64,000 nucleotides of DNA. Origin: Candidatus Poribacteria bacterium. GTDB taxonomy: Bacteria; Poribacteria; WGA-4E; WGA-3G. The DNA lies in contig CBDBFU010000013.1 of the NCBI GenBank assembly GCA_965205025.1, forward strand, positions 128,001 to 192,000, in the 5' to 3' direction. The position numbers and the translations under genes were made by a program. Below are positions 60,125 through 64,000 of the stretch, one piece after another; positions within the stretch are counted from its first letter, which is position 1; each line of letters starts with the position of its first letter. The notes below the pieces were generated by a model. It did no database searches. It was not told the origin of the DNA and saw only the letters and a program-made list of their open reading frames with translations.

Positions 60125-60938
60125 TACATTTGCATCCTTCCTGATGCTAATCGTATTTTCACTTCTTTACCTAACAACCCCAACTTATGGACAGACAGAA
60201 TATCCGTTTGAAACAGCGCGTCCCCATTATGTGGGGGCACGTGCATTAGCAATGGGGAATGCCTTCACTGCAGTCGCAGATGATGCTACTGCAGGTTTTT
60301 GGAATCCAGCTGGAATGATCCAATGGGAAGGTGTTAAACTCTTCGGTGTTACAAAACTACATGATCGTCATTTTTACAGATTTGATCCTAAAGGTGTCGG
60401 ATTCAGTTGGCGTGGTAATAGTCTGTATTGGGGAAATAAAATCGCTATTGATGTACCAAGTGGTGTCCCTGATTTTAACTATTACAGTATTGCTCGGAAA
60501 CTCGGGCCATATCTTGCTGCAGGTGGCAGTTTGAAATTCAAACGTAGACATCCATCGGATTATTATCAGTTCTTTGGGTACCATACATCCTACGATATTG
60601 GTTTACTATTTAAACCGCGTCCAGAATTGAAGTTTGGTTGTTTATTGCAAAATCTTGAGGGAAACAGGATACAATGGATTACAATGGGAAGCACATACCT
60701 ATATTCTTCATACCTATTCAGCGTAGATATTGCGTTTTCTACTGAGGATACGGAAACAGAGTATTACCTCGGTGTAGAATGGTCTCCTTATTCTTTCTTT
60801 TCTGTGCGAGTTGGAAGTTCAAACGGGGTGATCACAGGTGGATTCGGTCTTAGGATCATTGATGTGTACTTTCATTATGCTCGAATTTATGAACCCCGTT
60901 TTGTGTCTCATTACATTTCGGCAGAATTGCATTTTTAA
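60105..60938 (+). CDS. PorV/FadL-like (UPF0164-type) outer-membrane protein
   Basis: GARALAMGNAFTAVADDATAGFWNPAG and a terminal Phe; start uncertain. Confidence 0.75.
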   Translation: MRIGDIDTFASFLMLIVFSLLYLTTPTYGQTEYPFETARPHYVGARALAMGNAFTAVADDATAGFWNPAGMIQWEGVKLFGVTKLHDRHFYRFDPKGVGFSWRGNSLYWGNKIAIDVPSGVPDFNYYSIARKLGPYLAAGGSLKFKRRHPSDYYQFFGYHTSYDIGLLFKPRPELKFGCLLQNLEGNRIQWITMGSTYLYSSYLFSVDIAFSTEDTETEYYLGVEWSPYSFFSVRVGSSNGVITGGFGLRIIDVYFHYARIYEPRFVSHYISAELHF

Positions 60939-60946
60939 TTATTATT

Positions 60947-61002
60947 CAGGACTTACGCATTTCATCTTAAAGTCCCCCTGATAAGGGGGATTTAGGGGGT
61001 TT
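60947..61002 (+). repeat. Solo IS701-type end followed by a CCCCCT-GATA-AGGGGG hairpin
   Basis: CAGGACTTACGCA is identical to the IS701 TIR. Confidence 0.65.
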
Positions 61003-61245
61003 CTTTAATTAACAATGGAGGATCATTATTTACAAATGGTATTAATTCACCTTTTTATCGTTTTTCATACTATTTTTCTCAACACAGAAGTAAAAGTGCA
61101 TCCGAAATTGTGTATAGATAGATATTGCTAATATTTTATTTTTAGTGTATATTATTTCAGGATAAATAACGTATTTGATAACGAAATGCTGTTAAGGCAT
61201 TTTCATAACCAACCAAATAACAATTAATATAGGAGGTACCGGTTC

Positions 61246-61329
61246 ATGTTAGAACTTCAAAACACCACACGTAATCTGAACATATTGCGTTCAAGACGAT
61301 GGTGCCTCTGTCCATTCTCAAAACATTAA
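61246..61329 (+). CDS. Candidate 27-aa leader peptide
   Basis: AGGAGG RBS; MLELQNTTRNLNILRSRRWCLCPFSKH. Confidence 0.45.
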   Translation: MLELQNTTRNLNILRSRRWCLCPFSKH

Positions 61330-61375
61330 TTTGAATGGCATAGGTACTACGTCTCACCTGAGGGAGTCGTTATCT

Positions 61376-61750
61376 ATGTCCAATTTTAATCCAGATTTTT
61401 GGGAAATTCCGGTCCCACCGGAATATTTTGACCAACTTACTACGGAAGACCACCTCTGGAATCAAGTATCATCTGATGATATAAAAAGTACGCGTCGTAC
61501 TAAAAGAAAAAAAGTCTTACGACAAATTCATCAGATTATTTCAAAGGAACTTACGACACGTCAAAATGATTGTGTTCAACTCTATTTTTATGAAGGGAAA
61601 ACACAAGAGGAAATAGGCGTAATCCTTGGTATTTCTCGAAGAGTCGTAAGTCAACACCTTTTTGGTGTAACCCGTGATGGGAGGAAGGTCGGCGGTGCAA
61701 TAAATAAAATACGAAAAGCGTGCCGTAAAATGGGAATACAATATCCGTAG
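61376..61750 (+). CDS. Sigma-70 region 4-like HTH protein lacking region 2
   Basis: LTTRQ..CVQLYFYEGKTQEEIGVILGISRRVVSQHL. Confidence 0.8.
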   Translation: MSNFNPDFWEIPVPPEYFDQLTTEDHLWNQVSSDDIKSTRRTKRKKVLRQIHQIISKELTTRQNDCVQLYFYEGKTQEEIGVILGISRRVVSQHLFGVTRDGRKVGGAINKIRKACRKMGIQYP

Positions 61751-61780
61751 GTAACCGATTTATATATAACAGAAATATTA

Positions 61781-61822
61781 AATCCCGTGGGAATAAATTG
61801 GATCAATTTCTCTCACGGGATT
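61781..61822 (+). terminator. Hairpin terminator
   Basis: AATCCCGTG...CACGGGATT followed by T-rich sequence. Confidence 0.55.
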
Positions 61823-62171
61823 TCTCTAATTGGTAAAGACAATTTTAATTTGACATATATAATCTTTTTATGTTACCCTTATTATCAGTCAACGTATTAT
61901 CGTTATTTCTTGTTTTATACTTTACATGATTTGATTCTTTGACCTGGTATTTTACACTGATATAGTGACCCAGCAAGGTCAGTAAGGGTAAAACAATTAA
62001 TAAATAGAATACGTGCCGAAAAAATCCAATCTCGATGTATGAAGGTATTCTGCCTTTCTCCCGGTCCTTGGTGTTTCTACATCCAGGAATCCAATAGGTT
62101 GGTAATCTGGAATTTATCAGATTCATATATGGATATAGCTTGTAACCTTCTTATTGATTGAGGAGCGTTTC

Positions 62172-63920
62172 ATGAACAATGCTGAAAATAAGTTTACTGG
62201 ACTTGTACATCCAATTGAAAATTCATTTAATGAAGAAATAAATGCCATAAAGCAACATCTTCAAAATGCAGGTTTTTCTGCAGATGACTCAAACTGGTTA
62301 GTTGACGTTTTCAAAATGTCAGACTGTTTTGGATGTCCATCTGAAAATTCTCTTTTCAGAGAGAATTTCACAGATTCATTTGAAGACTTATTTCCCAAAA
62401 TTGTGGAAAGGTTAAACACTGAATCTATAGAAATTGCTAAGGACAGACAAACCAGTTTAGCACTTCTTTTTAGTTGTATGCTTAATCTTGGAATTGTGGG
62501 AGGTTATCCTATATGGTTCCATGCGAATATCGGTGCTGATGCATCAGAAAACGTTGGATGGATCAACGAATTTCAGAAGCATGCGAATTTTCAGGTTCAA
62601 GAATTGGATTGGGATAAACTCAACACAATGACACAACTTGATGGTTTACTCTCATGCTTATTCCCTACAGATGTCCCATACGATCAAATTGTCGATTTGG
62701 AACGTTTGGATCCAAAACCACGTCTCAGGAGATCTTCTAACGATAAAATTGATTTTGTACAACTCGAATTTTGGTTTAGTTGGCGATTTAAGGATAATGA
62801 TACTCGCTGCGAGAAAATAAAATTAGAGAAATTGTTGGTAACCTTTTCCCTTTTTTCTGATGATGTGCTTGGTGAAAAAATACTTGGACTCATTAATGCA
62901 ATTGATTATGCGATGTGGAAAGGTACAATCACGTTACCGTTTGAAGAACGTTTAGATCCATTAAATGACGGTTGGAAGACTGTCGCGTCTGAGTTAATAC
63001 CCTTCATAGAACTTCTTGATTGTCGTAAACCTGAATCAGTAAAAGAACCGTCAACACTCTTAAAAGCATGGTGGCATTTGGCAAGACATATTTTTAGCTG
63101 GAGTAAAGGTGGATTAGAATCAGAATTGTCTGAGGATTTGAAAAGTAAACTGATTGAAAGTACTTCAAGACATATTGGCATATTGCGATCAGTTTTAAGG
63201 GATACACCAGAGAAATTCGAGGATAGTAGTGTTTTCGATTTCTATAACAAGGCATTCTATGTTTTGTTAAGTTTTGCTGAACCATGGGGACGTATCAGAC
63301 CTTTGTTGCTTGCCTTTACGGAAATGACCAAACAAGCTGTAGCGAGTGACCTACGAACATGGAAAGAAATCGACAGTTCAGACGACCCACCTGCTAAATA
63401 CTCTCGCGTACCAAATTGGATTGAGGTTGCAATGTATCCGCAGAATTTAAAGAACGAGATAAAACGGGATCCATATCTACAAGAATTGCGTGAAGAATTT
63501 GCCAAATTCTGTCTTGGACGTTTAAGAACAAAAGAAAGAAATGATAGTAAAGAATATAAGAATAAAGATTTTGTTGAACCTCGTCCAGAATGGCGGCAAT
63601 GTTATGTTCAAGCATTAAAATCCTTACGTGTAAATCCAGGTGGACGCGGACATAAGGCTCTTTTCTGGTTATTAAATAATGACCCTAATGAAACTGTCCG
63701 AGAACTTGCTAAAAAAGCACATAAACAAGTTCGGCATCTCGATAGAGATAAACCTAATTTAGATAAAGGTGCATCTCCACGTAGACCGTTGTTTGAAGCA
63801 TTTTGGTGGTTGCGACAAGCACATCTTATCACCCTTGGAATTGAAATTGACCATGCCGGTGCAATGCGTACTCGTAGAAAAGAATTACACCGAACACGGG
63901 AAAAAGACGATCTTTTATGA
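62172..63920 (+). CDS. Hypothetical helical protein with a HEAT-like C-terminal repeat
   Basis: 582-aa ORF with GAGGAG RBS; LLNNDPNETVRELA. Confidence 0.75.
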   Translation: MNNAENKFTGLVHPIENSFNEEINAIKQHLQNAGFSADDSNWLVDVFKMSDCFGCPSENSLFRENFTDSFEDLFPKIVERLNTESIEIAKDRQTSLALLFSCMLNLGIVGGYPIWFHANIGADASENVGWINEFQKHANFQVQELDWDKLNTMTQLDGLLSCLFPTDVPYDQIVDLERLDPKPRLRRSSNDKIDFVQLEFWFSWRFKDNDTRCEKIKLEKLLVTFSLFSDDVLGEKILGLINAIDYAMWKGTITLPFEERLDPLNDGWKTVASELIPFIELLDCRKPESVKEPSTLLKAWWHLARHIFSWSKGGLESELSEDLKSKLIESTSRHIGILRSVLRDTPEKFEDSSVFDFYNKAFYVLLSFAEPWGRIRPLLLAFTEMTKQAVASDLRTWKEIDSSDDPPAKYSRVPNWIEVAMYPQNLKNEIKRDPYLQELREEFAKFCLGRLRTKERNDSKEYKNKDFVEPRPEWRQCYVQALKSLRVNPGGRGHKALFWLLNNDPNETVRELAKKAHKQVRHLDRDKPNLDKGASPRRPLFEAFWWLRQAHLITLGIEIDHAGAMRTRRKELHRTREKDDLL

Positions 63921-63975
63921 TTATCAGTAGATTAATGTTAGTTAGAAAAATAAAATACAAAAGGAGATACTTCAC

Positions 63976-64000
63976 ATGCCAAAACGTAATGGTGCTGAAA
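63976..64000 (+). CDS. Start of a CDS running off the window
   Basis: AAGGAG RBS, MPKRNGAE. Confidence 0.5.

Overview
AT-rich bacterial chromosome segment, probably Candidatus Poribacteria. That assignment is inferred from the C-terminal 'LLxNYPNPFNPETWIPYxL' domains on LRR/dockerin proteins and a remnant 'PTGKLAVTWGTLK' tail. From 1-15.6 kb: housekeeping genes (ROK kinase, two half-size CHAD proteins, aroC, M50 and S9 peptidases, pyrD, and pyrB fused to a PyrI-like Zn domain), an intact IS630 and a decayed IS1595. From 15.8-21.7 kb: a tandemly duplicated two-gene C-type lectin cassette. An IS701 with a 5-bp target duplication follows. From 29-42 kb: a cluster of secreted LRR proteins carrying dockerin, cohesin, cytochrome c and metzincin modules, behind a ~300-nt structured leader. 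From 42.8-60.1 kb: a type I restriction-modification locus with ~10 kb of candidate defence genes between hsdS and hsdR, including a fossil second hsdS 3' end. Intergenic DNA is rich in GTAG-type REP palindromes, many wrapped in IS-like ends as MITEs; filled and empty sites are both visible in the window. Seven single-base frameshifts in homopolymers are probably assembly errors. No rRNA, tRNA or CRISPR array was recognised. All family assignments are by motif recognition; no searches were run.
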